From Octopus sinensis (taxonomy: Eukaryota): a DNA stretch of 64,000 nt. Position 1 is the stretch's first letter. The number at the start of each line of letters is the position of its first letter. The notes below the pieces were generated by a model, which did no database searches, was not told the DNA's origin, and was given only the letters and a program-made list of their open reading frames with translations. This document shows positions 38,197-57,330 of the stretch, in pieces. The stretch is from NCBI RefSeq assembly GCF_006345805.1, contig NC_043001.1:49600001-49664000 (forward strand). The letters run 5' to 3'. Both the position numbers and the translations under genes were made by a program.

Positions 38197-40289
38197 TTCT
38201 TGCATGCATGCATACACACATACATACACATACATACACATACGCGTACATGCACACACGGACAACCCTCTCTCTCTCTCACTCCAGATCTCTTCATTCC
38301 AAACAGAAAATTTTGAGAAATGATAAAAGTATCCACACATGTAATATTGATACCAATCTACTTTGCTACAAGCAACTTGGACATTAGACATATGTGACAT
38401 AAAAGAGTTATTGATATCCATTTTCAGCTTGTCTTCATTAATAATACTTTATGTTGGTAGCTTATTAATGATTGCATAAATTGAATCAAATAAATTCAAA
38501 GGTCCCAAAGCAGTTTGTTATATGACCAGGTTTCATTGTCCATGTATGGCTTGATAAATACACTTCATATCTACATCTGACCATCATTTCAAAGCTAACT
38601 GTGTCTAACATCATGTGAATTTTCATTTAATGCAGGATGAAAATTTTACCATAGAGGTAAATGTTTGTAAAATAATATTGTGGGTTTAAATATGGGAATT
38701 CACTACCACTTCTGTAACTCACTGGAGAAGTGACAAACTATGCTTGTAATGAATTACAGTTGAATTTGATGCCTGAATATGAAAACAAATAAAATTAAAA
38801 TTTATGGACAGTCCAAGTCAACATTCTCATTTGAGGTGAGCTCTCACACCTCTAGTCCTCTTCCTCATTGTCTGTATCATCTTCACCACCTTCCACATCA
38901 TTTCCTGATTGAGCTAAATTTTGGCAATTAATGCATTTACACAGATCTGTGCAGGCTACCTTGTGCTGTCGACACGACCACCGATCCTTTCTTTCACCTT
39001 TGAGTTCCTCATAGTTATTCTTCTTGAAATTGCAGTAAGCTCAAGCAGAGCACTTGGTGCAGGTACAAGATCACCCAATACTACTTCTATAGCTGTATGT
39101 GTTACTTCCCATCCATGATTGTATGAGCTGGGGAGACTGGGAAACTATTCAAGACATCTGGTATGTACTCTATATGCATGAAAAATTGAAAATTTTATTA
39201 CAAATATACACTAATAAAATGCAAAAAATCATTTATACTTTGAAATAACATGTATGTTCAAGATATATCACATACGTACAAGACTATAACATGTACATAG
39301 CTATAGAGTCAGGCTTATGTGGCCTTCCATTTTTTAAGATTTTGCCCGCATTCCCCCTTGCCTCCTCATGATGTGGAGGATATTCGATAGGTAATCAGTC
39401 AAGAATGATATTAGAGTCTAGTTTTGACTTCGTTCACCTCGAGGCCTCCTCAACCATGCCATGACGCGTCAACATTCAACAAGCTCATGGCTAATGAGTC
39501 ATTTTAGTAGATCTAGAGACCTAGCTACTGTAGATTGTAAATTCATTTCAAATTCCATAATCTTCAAGGTTCACTCATTTTGGCGAACTTAATTTGCTAA
39601 AGGAGGTCAAACATTATACTTACAGTGAGCAGCTTATATGTAACTTAGAACTTGTAGAATATTGTAGACGTTTCTAGAGACCTAGACTATTGTGAGAAAT
39701 CAGAAAAAAAAAACAGTTTAGCCAAGTCGTGTCAGCCAGGCCCTGACTCTGTCTTGGTTCTACATAGACCTAGTGACAGTGTAGTATTAGTATCATTTCC
39801 CCTCATTTTCCTAAATAGCTAAATAGCTAGAGATTTAGGTGAATATTTTAAAAAGAAATCTCGGAATAAATAAGTTACCAAACGTTATATCAAGGATTAG
39901 TACTGACCAATTGTATGACTGAATTCTATTGACCCACCTTCTATTGACGATGTCAATACTAGATGCACATGTACCTTGGCCTTTTCCAGTCCTAAGTTTG
40001 TTTTGCACACATCGTTGAATTCAACAAACCATTCTGCTTTTTCCTCGATGACACTTTCCGGACGATTTTAAAAATTCTTTCCACAATGTAGCACCCACTT
40101 TGAACTTATTGAGATTTTTCTCTGAAAATGGGGGAACTCTTGCGTGAGTCTTAATCACATGCATGTAACAAAATGCTGAAGATTTCCCCTCGGAATCATC
40201 CGCATCGGAAGACAACGAATACGAAATGTGCGCCGCCATCTTGTGCTGTGAGCGGTAAATGCAACGAGGCATATGATTGGTCGACATAG

Positions 40290-41075
40290 GAATCATCTTC
40301 AAAAATGCAGAATGGAAGGCCCAGGGACCAGATGGAGTTCAAGGCTACTGGGTCAAAAGATTTAGTGAACGTCATGCACGAATAGCTGCACAACTCAATA
40401 CCCTGTTAAATGTCGATCAAGTAACACCAGAGTGGTTGACAATGGGTAGGACAGTGCTCTCAACCCGCGTATTTCCCATTTCAAGTCGTCATGGTTATTC
40501 AGTTTTTCTTCCTCGTTTTCTTTGATCCTATTGTCACCGGGACAGGTTATGTCGATTATCATGCAAGTTTTTTTTTTTGTTTGTTTGTTTGTTCACCACA
40601 ACAATGCTAGATTTCCGATATCTGAACTGATAGTCACACTGAATCATTACATCCTTCGGGATTTTGCAGTCCTCATTTTCGGTGATTCTTTCAAGGATTT
40701 GGTCATACCACGCCCTTGCTTTTTCTAGGCTTTTTCTCCTAGTAGATCATTCTTGCCACATTGTCGTGCCGTCTTTAGTGATCACATTGTGCCAATTTCG
40801 GACATTCGCTAACAACGTGCTAAACCGTTTCAAACCTCTCACCACACATTCTGCATTTATCGCTCCCAGTTCTGTTGTTAATCCTGCACTTCTATCTTCA
40901 GGTCACTCCACATCCATAACCACCGGTCTTCCGTATCTGTTTTGGCGTTCGTATCTCTTGCAAACTGACCGTACATTTTTTCCCTCTATGCTTCTTTTTT
41001 TTTTTTTTTTGTAGTTCTTTTCCAATTTTGATGATACCTGACTTCTGCACATATTTCAGCCATGGTTTGACGGCA
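40290..41075. mobile_element. Rearranged R4/Dong-clade remnants (RT start on +, RLE region on -)
   Basis: + strand WKAQGPDGVQGYWVKRF...PEWLTMGRTVL; - strand HDNVAR and ENEDCK...IQCD motifs, decayed. Confidence 0.55.
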
Positions 41076-41228
41076 TTTTTTATATATCACACTAAGCTGT
41101 TTTTCTCCGCTTCTACACAATCCTAGCAACTGAGCAAACTTCTCGTACCCTTTCTTCTGGACAAGTATAACCCATCAGAGTACTGTCAATATTTTCTCCA
41201 TGCTCTGTCAATATTTTCCTTGTCTTCA

Positions 41229-41870
41229 AGCTGGCAGAAACGTTAGCGGTATTTCGTCTGCCGCTACGTTCTGAGTTCAAATTCCGCCGAGGTCGACTTT
41301 GCCGTTCATCCTTTCGGTGTCGATTAAATAAGTACCAGTTACGCACTGGGGTCGATATAATCGACTTAATCCGTCTGTCTGTCCTTGTTTGTCACCTCTG
41401 TGTGTAGCCCCTTGTGGGCAGTAAAGAAATAGGTATTTCGTCTGCCGCTACGTTCTGAGTTCAAATTCCGCCGAGGTCGATTTTGCCTTTCATCCTTTCA
41501 GGGTCGATAAATTAAGTCCCAGTTGCGTACTGGGGTCGATCTAATCGACTGGCCCCCTCCCCAAAAATTTCGCGACTTGTGCCTAGAATAGAAAAGAATA
41601 TTTTCCTTGTTTTCATATCCATACTCATTAGTTCTTTCTTTTGCCAGTTTATGATTCCAGCTCCATACCAAAATGATGCTATCGCTCATGTACTTACTGC
41701 TTGGATTTTATTCCATCCAGTCAATTTTGAGCGCAATCCACCGAGGTAGACTTTGACTTTCACCTCTTGGGGTCAATAAAATAAGTACCAGTTGAACACA
41801 AGGGTTGATGTAATTGATTCACCCCCGCTCCCGAAATTGCTGGCCTTGTACCAATTTCGAAACCATTATT
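41229..41870 (+). mobile_element. SINE cluster, same family (3 units)
   Basis: CTGAGTTCAAATTCCGCCGAGGTCGAC core at ~41270 and ~41455; degenerate unit at ~41700-41870. Confidence 0.75.
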
Positions 41871-41909
41871 GTTGTTGCTGTTGTTGTTGATCTTCTTCCA
41901 CTTCCTCCT

Positions 41910-41990
<81 letters not shown>

Positions 41991-41994
41991 GTTA

Positions 41995-42055
<61 letters not shown>

Positions 42056-43487
42056 CAATAACCAATAATCAGTTGAAGACACAAGATGTCGAAATATCAT
42101 TCACTAGATAACAATGGCACTCTTCTTTTAATTTTGACTCTATCATTATTATTATTATTATCCTTATTACTCTTTTCACTATCACGTCGCTGAAAACAGT
42201 ATATCTGTGTGCGTGCGTGCGTGTGTGTGTGTGTGTGCGTGCGTGCTTTCGCGCGTGCATTTGAGAGCGAAAGAGGGTGTAAAAGAGAAATAGTGTGAAT
42301 GAGAGAAGATGTGTGTCGTGATGATTGACGTCTTTTAAGGTACACACACATACATAGAAAATGTGAGGTCATGGTATAAAATTTTTACGATAATTGGTTT
42401 ATAGAAAAGAAAAAGATTATGCTAAATTTTTGAAATGCAAATATGGGAATGAAAATTAAGTTCATGGTAGCTAAACCTGGTAGAAATAGCAGTCAAATCT
42501 CCCTTAAAACACCCTACTGTCTTAATTCGACAAATCTGCCTATTTTGTAGTTTGAATGAGAAACTGTAACTAAACATTAAGATTATTAACCCTACAAAGA
42601 GGTGAAAGAAGAGAGACAGCATAGCGAAAGTTTTGGCTGACTGTCATCCTGTACTCCCCTTGTTGCTAGCGAAATGGTATATGCCGGAAGCGTGAGCAAC
42701 TGATTGTTTTAATGGCGGAACAAACAGGGCAATTCCATTAGAAAAGGTTTTAATCGATTTTCTCAGTAAATATGGAGGCTAGGGAAAAATTACAAGCCGC
42801 ATTCCAATCTATGCACCCGTCTCCACATGTGTGCCATTTTCCACGCGAATCCACCCAGTCGTTTGACTGTGAACCTCAAGACAAGATGGAATCCATCTTA
42901 TGTGAGCTTCCTGATCCGAAACTTCGTCGTTTATAGCCGTTTAATGGTATCATATCACGAAATATCGGAATTTATTTAGTTCTGTACTTACTACAAATGT
43001 GCCAAAACTCAAGTCCCCGTGGTTTGTACTTTTGGATTTAGCTAAACCTGAAAACACTGCGAGATCTTCTGTTTGTGACATAATGAAATCGGCTTTCCAT
43101 AAATATGAAAAAAAATGCCAATAAAAGTTTCATTTTCAAGAACCTGAAAACAAAATGTACACTATTAATTTATGTAATTTGAATATGATTATCATCTCAG
43201 TTTCAAAGATATGACATCACAAATATGGCAAATTATTCATTTAATCCTAATTAGGCAAGATTTCAACTAATTTTCTAACCATTCAAATGGTTATACTTCC
43301 TAACATATTCGTCCAAATTTCACAAATGAGATATCAAAATGTTTATTTTTGAGTACAGTAGAAGATAGACTTAAGTATTTTTTAAAATTCATAGTGATGC
43401 CTAGTACTATAACTATATATAACATAACTATGTATATAGCAATAATAAATCTCTGAATGAGAAGTAAACAGTAACTACACGACAATG

Positions 43488-43634
43488 TAAGGTATACTAG
43501 CCATCTTAATATGACTAACCACTAAGGGTGGTAGTTACTGTAGTTAGTAGCCCCAGGAGATCATCGTTTCCAGCTGGCTTTAACAGTAACACCCACCCTT
43601 AGTGGTTAGCCATATTGAGATGGCTAGTATACCT

Positions 43635-43636
<2 letters not shown>
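43488..43636. repeat. Small inverted repeat, 44-bp arms (MITE-like)
   Basis: Arms 43488-43531 and 43593-43636, two mismatches, TA at both ends. Confidence 0.85.
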
Positions 43637-43709
<73 letters not shown>

Positions 43710-43822
43710 ATATATATATAAATAATGAGGGAGATAAATTAATATTAATTTTAATATCAATTTAAAACCAGTAGTCCAGCATACAAAAATCTGAGGAGTC
43801 AGAGAAAATTCTAATATATGTG

Positions 43823-44605
43823 TATATTGGCAGGGCTTACTGCTAGGGAGTCGGCCATATGCTAGAAATAGACCATCAACGGTCAAACTACAAGGAAATT
43901 CTCTAGAGGAAAATACAGCGAACACCAGAACCAATTTTGGCGGGCATGACAGATGAAAATCTATATAAAAAACAGAATTAAATGCATACCTCGGTTTCAG
44001 CCTTAACAAGAGAATTACTTATGCAATCCAAATGTCCGTGCTTCTTCAGTGCATCCGTTCATAGTAATGTAAACGGAAAAGCTAACCCCAGCTTTCGTGC
44101 CAGTACAGACACGTGTGTAGCTTTACCGATTACACTAGTGATAAAATTTCAAATGTCTTGGCTCTGGCGCGCTAATAAATTTCTGAGGCGAAGGGCCGCA
44201 AGGCACGAACCCCAGTGAATTATTTACTGCGGCCCTTCGCCTCAGAAATTTATTAGCGCGCCAGAGCCAAGACATTTGAAATTTTATCACTAGTGTAATC
44301 GGTAAAGCTACACACGTGTCTGTACTGGCACGAAAGCTGGGGTTAGCTTTTCCGTTTACATTACTATGAACGGATGCACTGAAGAAGCACGGACATTTGG
44401 ATTGCATAAGTAATTCTCTTGTTAAGGCTGAAACCGAGGTATGCATTTAATTCTGTTTTTTATATAGATTTTCATCTGTCATGCCCGCCAAAATTGGTTC
44501 TGGTGTTCGTTGTATTTTCCTCTAGAGAATTTCCTTGTAGTTTGACCGTTGATGGTCTATTTCTAGCATATGGCCGACTCCCTAGCAGTAAGCCCTGCCA
44601 ATATA
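43823..44605. repeat. Near-perfect inverted repeat, 378-bp arms, 27-bp spacer
   Basis: Arms 43823-44200 and 44228-44605; ORF track gives identical peptides on both strands; one mismatch seen. Confidence 0.95.
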
Positions 44606-44624
44606 TACATATATATATATATAT

Positions 44625-45022
44625 ACTAGCAGTATCGCCCGGCGTTGCTCGGGTTTGTAAGGGAAATAACTATATAAGCATTTTTAGAGATGTAAAGTAT
44701 AATAGCCATCTCAATATGGCTAACCACAAAGGGGGAGGGGGTACTGTAGCTTTTTACGTTCTGAGATTTAATAATACATTTTTAGAGAGTTACTTCCCTT
44801 ATATATGCCAAAAATGCATTAAAAATGGGAAAAATTGATGGTAAATAATTTTTAAAATCGTAGACTCATCGTAGACGCGCGCTAATACCCAGAAGAGCTC
44901 GATATGAATCACGACTATAAGATACCCGGTTTTGGTTAAACTGCACCGCAAAATGTGGGAGTAGTTAGGAATCTAAATCGTAGGAGACAGACAGCACACA
45001 ACCTCTCTTTTATATATAAAGA
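44625..45022. mobile_element. Helentron/HINE-like non-autonomous element
   Basis: Starts ACTAGCAGTATCGCCCGGCGTTGCTCGGG (short subterminal hairpin) in a TA run and ends ACAACCTCTCTTTTATATATA; a similar end occurs at ~18945-18970. Confidence 0.5.
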
Positions 45023-45135
45023 TATATAGACAAGCAGGCAGACAAACAAGCATGAATGCATGCATGCAGGCATACAGACAGACAGATAGAAAGACAGACA
45101 GACAGACAGATAGACAGACAGACAGACAGACAGGC

Positions 45136-45266
<131 letters not shown>

Positions 45267-45269
45267 AGC

Positions 45270-45490
45270 GAGATGGCAGAAACGTTAGCACGTCGGGCGA
45301 AATGCATAGCGGTATCTCGTCTGCAGCTACGTTCTCAGTTCAAATTTCGCCGCGGTCGACTTTGCCTTTCATCCTTTCGGGGTCGATTAAATAAGTACCA
45401 GTTACGCTCTGGGTCGATATAATCGACTTAATCCGTTTGTCTGTCCTTGTTTGTCCCCTCTATGTTTAGCCCCTTGTGGGTAGTAAAGAA
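45270..45490 (+). mobile_element. SINE, same family
   Basis: TGGCAGAAACGTTAGCA...CAGTTCAAATTTCGCCGCGGTCGAC...CCCCTTGTGGG. Confidence 0.75.
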
Positions 45491-45494
45491 AGAA

Positions 45495-45578
<84 letters not shown>

Positions 45579-45615
45579 ACAAGCAGGCAGAGAGACAAGA
45601 ATGCAGGCAGGCCGG

Positions 45616-51985
<6,370 letters not shown>

Positions 51986-52064
<79 letters not shown>

Positions 52065-52074
52065 GACAGACAAC

Positions 52075-52151
<77 letters not shown>

Positions 52152-52154
52152 TAT
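51986..52154. repeat. (GATA)n tract between the two Tx1 copies
   Basis: Seen directly; other (GATA)n tracts at ~45495-45732 and 53846-53940. Confidence 0.95.
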
Positions 52155-53845
52155 ATGTTTCTTTATTAGCCACACAGGGCTGCACACAGAACAAATTACA
52201 AGGTAGAGCTTTTCTTTTGAAGGTTTAAAAAATAAAAATAAAAAAAAAAAATTAAAAAAATAAAATAAAAAAATAAAATAAAAAATTAAAAAAATAAAAA
52301 TAAGAAAAAATAAAATAAAATAAAAATAAAATAAAAAAGGGGGGGTGATCAAAAGGATCGTAAAAGGGGAAAAGAGAACAAAAAAAGGGGGGGTTAAAAA
52401 AAAGGGGGAGAGGAAAAAAATTGATCAATAGGGATCGTTATCACAGAAATGTCAATATGAAGTGTAAAGGGGGGGACAGGTGAGGTTTACCCGTGGAAAG
52501 AAAAGCCTACGGAAAAGACCACGGTAACCTCGGTCAATGAAGTCACATGTTATATTTCTTTTTTTTTTTTTTTTTTTTTTGCAAATAAGCAACTCTCTGT
52601 ATTAATTTTTACGGTTCATAGAATCATAGTCAAGGTGGCTTCGTCATTCATACGTGCCATCCTTGCTACATTCACCCATCTTTTTTTAAAACATTCACTA
52701 GACAAAAACTTTGCCTCTCTACTCTCACTTTTTTCTTCAAGTGATACTTGAAGAAGTTGATGAGAGATTGACCAGAGAGGAAAGTGTTTGTCTCTAATCT
52801 TTCAGACGCGTCCACCAGATACATTCTTTCGCCATGGCCACAAGTATGATAAAAATAGCTCTTCCTTCCCGTTTGAAGGAAGGAGGCGTGACGATATTAA
52901 CGATAGACTCGGCTGATAAACCGACACGTCCCACACGTGACAGCAGTCGTTCGACATAAGCCCACAGGTGGGAAATTGCTGGACACTGCACGATTGCGTG
53001 CAGAGCGGTTTCGTCGCTCTGCCCGCATCTCGGGCAGGTCGGCCCCGTGTTTCTCGAGCCATGCCTATAGAGCTTATCCCGAACGGGTAGCGCTTCTCGG
53101 TAGCACCGCCAGGCCAGGGATCTCTGGAAGTTGTCCATAGGTCCCGGGCCGAAAGTCGTTTGAAACAGGCGGGTCAGGTATTCCTCGTCGACGCCCAGGT
53201 TTGCCCCGAGCTCGTCGTCGTACCTCCCCTCCACTAATCCCCTATAGAATGCTTTGGTTGTGTTGAAGTCACTCAAGGTCGACCCGGGACGGCAGAGTTG
53301 CTTGAGAGCAACGCGACACTCGCGGTGCCATTCGCCCTTCTTCGGCCTCTTTTTGATCCACGACTGTAGTTCGGTCATGGAGACGAGTTGCGGGAATGCG
53401 TGCCTCACAAACGGCGACCACACCTGTTCACCGTCGTCTACATAGAGCCGGAGATGTCGCAGTCTCAGCGCGTGTCTGCGCATCATCAACCACGTCATGC
53501 CCAGCCCTCCTTTTAACGGGTGTTGACAGCAAATGGATCGCCTGACCATCGGGACGCATCCTTTCCACAAGAAGCGGAAGAGATGCGTTCTAGTTTGGTG
53601 ATGGTAGGGTCGGGACAAGTACGACGGTCAGGCGGTAGTAGATGATGGACGCGATGTACGCGTTCACCACCTCCGCCCGACCTTTTAGGGACAGTTTCCT
53701 CTCGGCCCATTGCTGGGCGAGAGTGACCACCCTACTCGTTATCTCGTTCCAGTTCTTCTCCATTTGGAGGTCCGGACCGAACCAGACCCCGAGCAACTCA
53801 ACCGGGCCGTCTGTCCAGCGTCCCACGACGGAGGTACTGGTGGAC
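52155..53845 (-). mobile_element. 5'-truncated second copy of the same Tx1-type element
   Basis: Near-identical to ~45733-47315 (ORF 52794..53618 matches 46089-47183 frames); 3' UTR with AATAAA; (GATA)n on both sides. Confidence 0.93.
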
Positions 53846-53937
<92 letters not shown>

Positions 53938-53939
53938 TG

Positions 53940-53973
<34 letters not shown>

Positions 53974-53982
53974 AGATGAAAT

Positions 53983-54829
53983 CAGTGGTTCTCAAACTTT
54001 TCAAAACTTTTTACGAGTCGGTTCCCTTACAGTTTTTTCGACAATTCGCGATCCCCTATAAATGCAGGATAATCAACATGGAAAAAATTATATACATTCG
54101 TGTACCGTAATTTCCGGACTATGAACCGCACTGCCCATAGACCCGCAACCCCGAAAACTACAACTTAATCCAGGCAATGCCTCATTGGAATACAATAAAT
54201 GCACAAGAAAATATGGAGAATCAGTTGACCAGTTGGTTACAAAACAAATGAGAAACGGAAAATACCGATAGCACATACATGATCAACCGTTATAAGCGCA
54301 TGTTTTCTATCGGCCAATCACACTTGTTAAGTGTGATTAGAAAATGAGTGTGGAGGAATGGCGTGGGTTTTTGAATCAACGACAAAAAGGATGATAGCAT
54401 GCGAAAAATTAAAAGTCTTGACATTTTTAAACGTAACTGTCCCTTAACTGCAGTGTCCCTTCAGCGACACTTAAAATCGCTTCACAATCCCCCTAAAATC
54501 GCTTCACAATCCCCCTATAATCGCTTCACAATCCCTCTATAATCGCTTTACAATCCCCTATAATCGCTTCACAATCCCCCTAAAATCGCTTCACAATCCC
54601 CCTATAATCGCTTCACAATCCCCCTATAATCGCTTCACAATCCCCTATAATCGCTTTACAATCCCCCTAAAATCGCTTTACAATCCCCCTAAAATCGCTT
54701 CACAATCCCCCTAAAATCGCTTCACAATCCCCCTATAATCGCTTCACAATCCCCCTAAAATCGCTTCACAATCCCCTTAAAATCGTTTCGCAGTTCCTCC
54801 TAAAATCGGACCCAGTTTGAAAACTACTG
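53983..54829. mobile_element. Non-autonomous hAT (Charlie-like) element
   Basis: TIRs CAGTGGTTCTCAAACT / AGTTTGAAAACTACTG (14/16 match) and 8-bp TSD GATGAAAT / GATGAGAT (7/8 match). Confidence 0.8.
54473..54806. repeat. 22-bp minisatellite, about 15 copies
   Basis: Unit A(A/T)AATCGCTT(C/T)ACAATCCCCCT repeated in tandem inside the hAT element. Confidence 0.95.
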
Positions 54830-55174
54830 GATGAGATAGAAGAACAATTACTTACCGAAAGCCAAGTGGTTAAGCTGAGAATGATATATTCTTGTTGTTG
54901 CTGTTCCGGTTCTTGCGACAGCTACTGCTGATGATTTTCGTCACGGTGATAATATTTTTGGAGGTGACAACAGATTGGGTGAAATAATATAGCTGTGGGA
55001 AACTGAAACTGAAGTTAATGCATCAGTAAATACAAATGGCAATTACTGAAAAGATTGTTTTTATTAATGGAAGGCTTATAATGAAGTTAGTCAGGCTGAG
55101 CAAAACAACACTGTTCATACATAAATGTGTGTTTGTATGCATGTATGTATATATGTATGTATATATGTGTTTAT

Positions 55175-55259
<85 letters not shown>

Positions 55260-55283
55260 CAGACAGACAAACAGAGACTAGTT

Positions 55284-55339
<56 letters not shown>

Positions 55340-55340
55340 T

Positions 55341-55398
<58 letters not shown>

Positions 55399-55553
55399 TA
55401 AATTAGCATAATATATACATATATATATTGTATAAAAGATCGTGGGTAGGCCAAAACTATGCGAAGTAAATGCAAGGTAAATCAAAAGAAAACAAATATG
55501 TGAATTAATGAAGACTTACCTTGTACTCAATATTTCGGGGTTATGACCCATTT

Positions 55554-56008
55554 TCAAGAAATTGACGAATGTTGCTGATGTGCATGTGTGTGAGCGTGTG
55601 TGTGGAGTGGACATGCGCAGTCCCATAAATGACTCTGAATTGTGCCAGAGGACCTATGTCGTATATGAGATCATCTGTGGCAAATGTGGCACATCCTACA
55701 TCGGAAGCACGACAAGTAAACTGCATGTACGCATTAAGGAGCACATGCAGGCAGGCAGGCACTTCCGTGAAGAAACATCTACGGAAATGCGAGACCCGGG
55801 AGTTCACAGTGCACATCAAAGCAACACAGCGGAACAGGGGCAACCTTAGAATCTCTGAGGCTATCCTCATACACCAAAAGAAACCAAAGATCAACAATAG
55901 AAGAGAGTTACAGGAAGCTAACTGGTTGCTATAGCAAACCCTTCTGCGCATGTCCACTCCACACACGCTCACACACAGCCACATCGGCAACATTTGTCAA
56001 TTTCTTGA
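55554..56008 (+). mobile_element. GIY-YIG endonuclease remnant between ~66-bp inverted repeats (Penelope-like)
   Basis: VVYEIICGKCGTSYIGSTTSKLHVRIKEH, then after a frameshift ISEAILIHQKKPKIN; inverted arms 55554-55620 and 55944-56008. Confidence 0.75.
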
Positions 56009-56073
56009 CACCCTAAAATAGAAACTACTTTTCACGTCTTGCCTGAACATATATTTCATACATCTGCTAAACT

Positions 56074-56206
56074 ATGGCTCAATACGAACTGATATATTGG
56101 CCTATGAAGGGTCGAGCGGAAATTATCCGAGTGACTTTAGCGGCCGCTGGTCTGGACTTCAAAGATACAAGGTACACTTTTGAAGAATGGCCCTCATATA
56201 AAGATA
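56074..56206 (+). CDS. Sigma-class GST gene 2, coding exon 1 (no further exons found in window)
   Basis: MAQYELIYWPMKGRAEIIRVTLAAAGLDFKDTRYTFEEWPSYKD; 133 nt like gene 1 exon 1, same phase-1 GTAAGT donor; clearly paralogous. Confidence 0.92.
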
Positions 56207-56519
56207 GTAAGTAGGGTAAAGTGGCAGTTATTATTTATTTTATTCTTATTGATTTAAAATTCATTTTTTTTTTTTTTTTCATTTACTGCATTGAATACTT
56301 TGTAATTTTACGTTTAAATGTCAATTCGTGAGTTGATTTCGTTCTGCAGATTAGTCGAAGCTCATTCTGTGTCTGAATTCGGGTCCCAGTCTAATCATCT
56401 TTGCCTACTCGCGTAGGCAAAGTGAATTAGAGTGTACTATGGATTCCCAACCCTGGTACAGGCTAGAGTTTGGCGATTGGGGTTTTTCAAAACACTGCAA
56501 GCTTTGCAAAATACTTATT

Positions 56520-57330
56520 TTATGGACCCTGAAAGGAAGAAATGTAAAGTGGACCTCGGCGGAATTTGAACTCAGAACGTAAGGACGGATGAAATGCCAC
56601 TAGGCATTTTCCCCGTTGTTCTAACAATTCAACTAGGTCGCCGACTTAATAATAATCCTTTCTACCATAGGCACAAGGCCTGAAATTTTGGGGGAAGGGG
56701 CCAGTCGACTCCAGTGTATAACTGGTACTTGTTTTATCGACCTCGAAAGGATGAAAGGCAAAGTCGACCTCGGCGGAATTTGAGTTCATCGTAAAGCCGG
56801 TCGAAATGCCACTAAGCATTTTGCCCGGCGTGCCAACGATTCTGCCAGTTCACCGCCTTAATAATAACAACAACAACAATAATAATCCTTTCTACTATAG
56901 GCACATGGCCTGAATTTTGTGGGGAGGGGGATAGTCGATCACATCGACTCCAGTACTCAACTAGTACATAAATTTATCGACCCCGAAAAAGTGAAAAGCA
57001 AAGTCGACCTCGGCGGAATTTGAACTCAGAACGTAGCAGCAGACGAAATACCGCTAAGCATTTCGTCCGGCGTTATAACGTTTCTGCCAGCTCGCCGCTT
57101 TAATAATAATAATAACAACTGTAATGATAATAATAATATGTTGATGATGATGCTTTAGGCACAAGGTTAGCAATTTTGAAGGGCGGAGTGTTAGTGGATA
57201 TTTTCAATCGCCAGTACTTGACTGGTACTTTATTTTATTGACCTTGAAAGGAGGGAAAGAAAAGTTGACCTTAACGGGATTTGAACTCAGAACATAAAGA
57301 ACTGGAACGAACCACGCAAAAAAATTTTCC
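56520..57330 (-). mobile_element. Head-to-tail chain of 4 SINE copies in GST gene 2 intron 1
   Basis: Same family as 9770-11620, units separated by AATAAT runs. Confidence 0.8.

Noticed and set aside
43982-44446. Mirror-image ORFs MHTSVSALTRELL... on both strands
   Set aside because: By-product of the palindrome; no recognisable domain.
54473-54806. CRISPR-like appearance of the 22-bp array
   Set aside because: Units are directly adjacent with no unique spacers, and the context is eukaryotic; it is a minisatellite.
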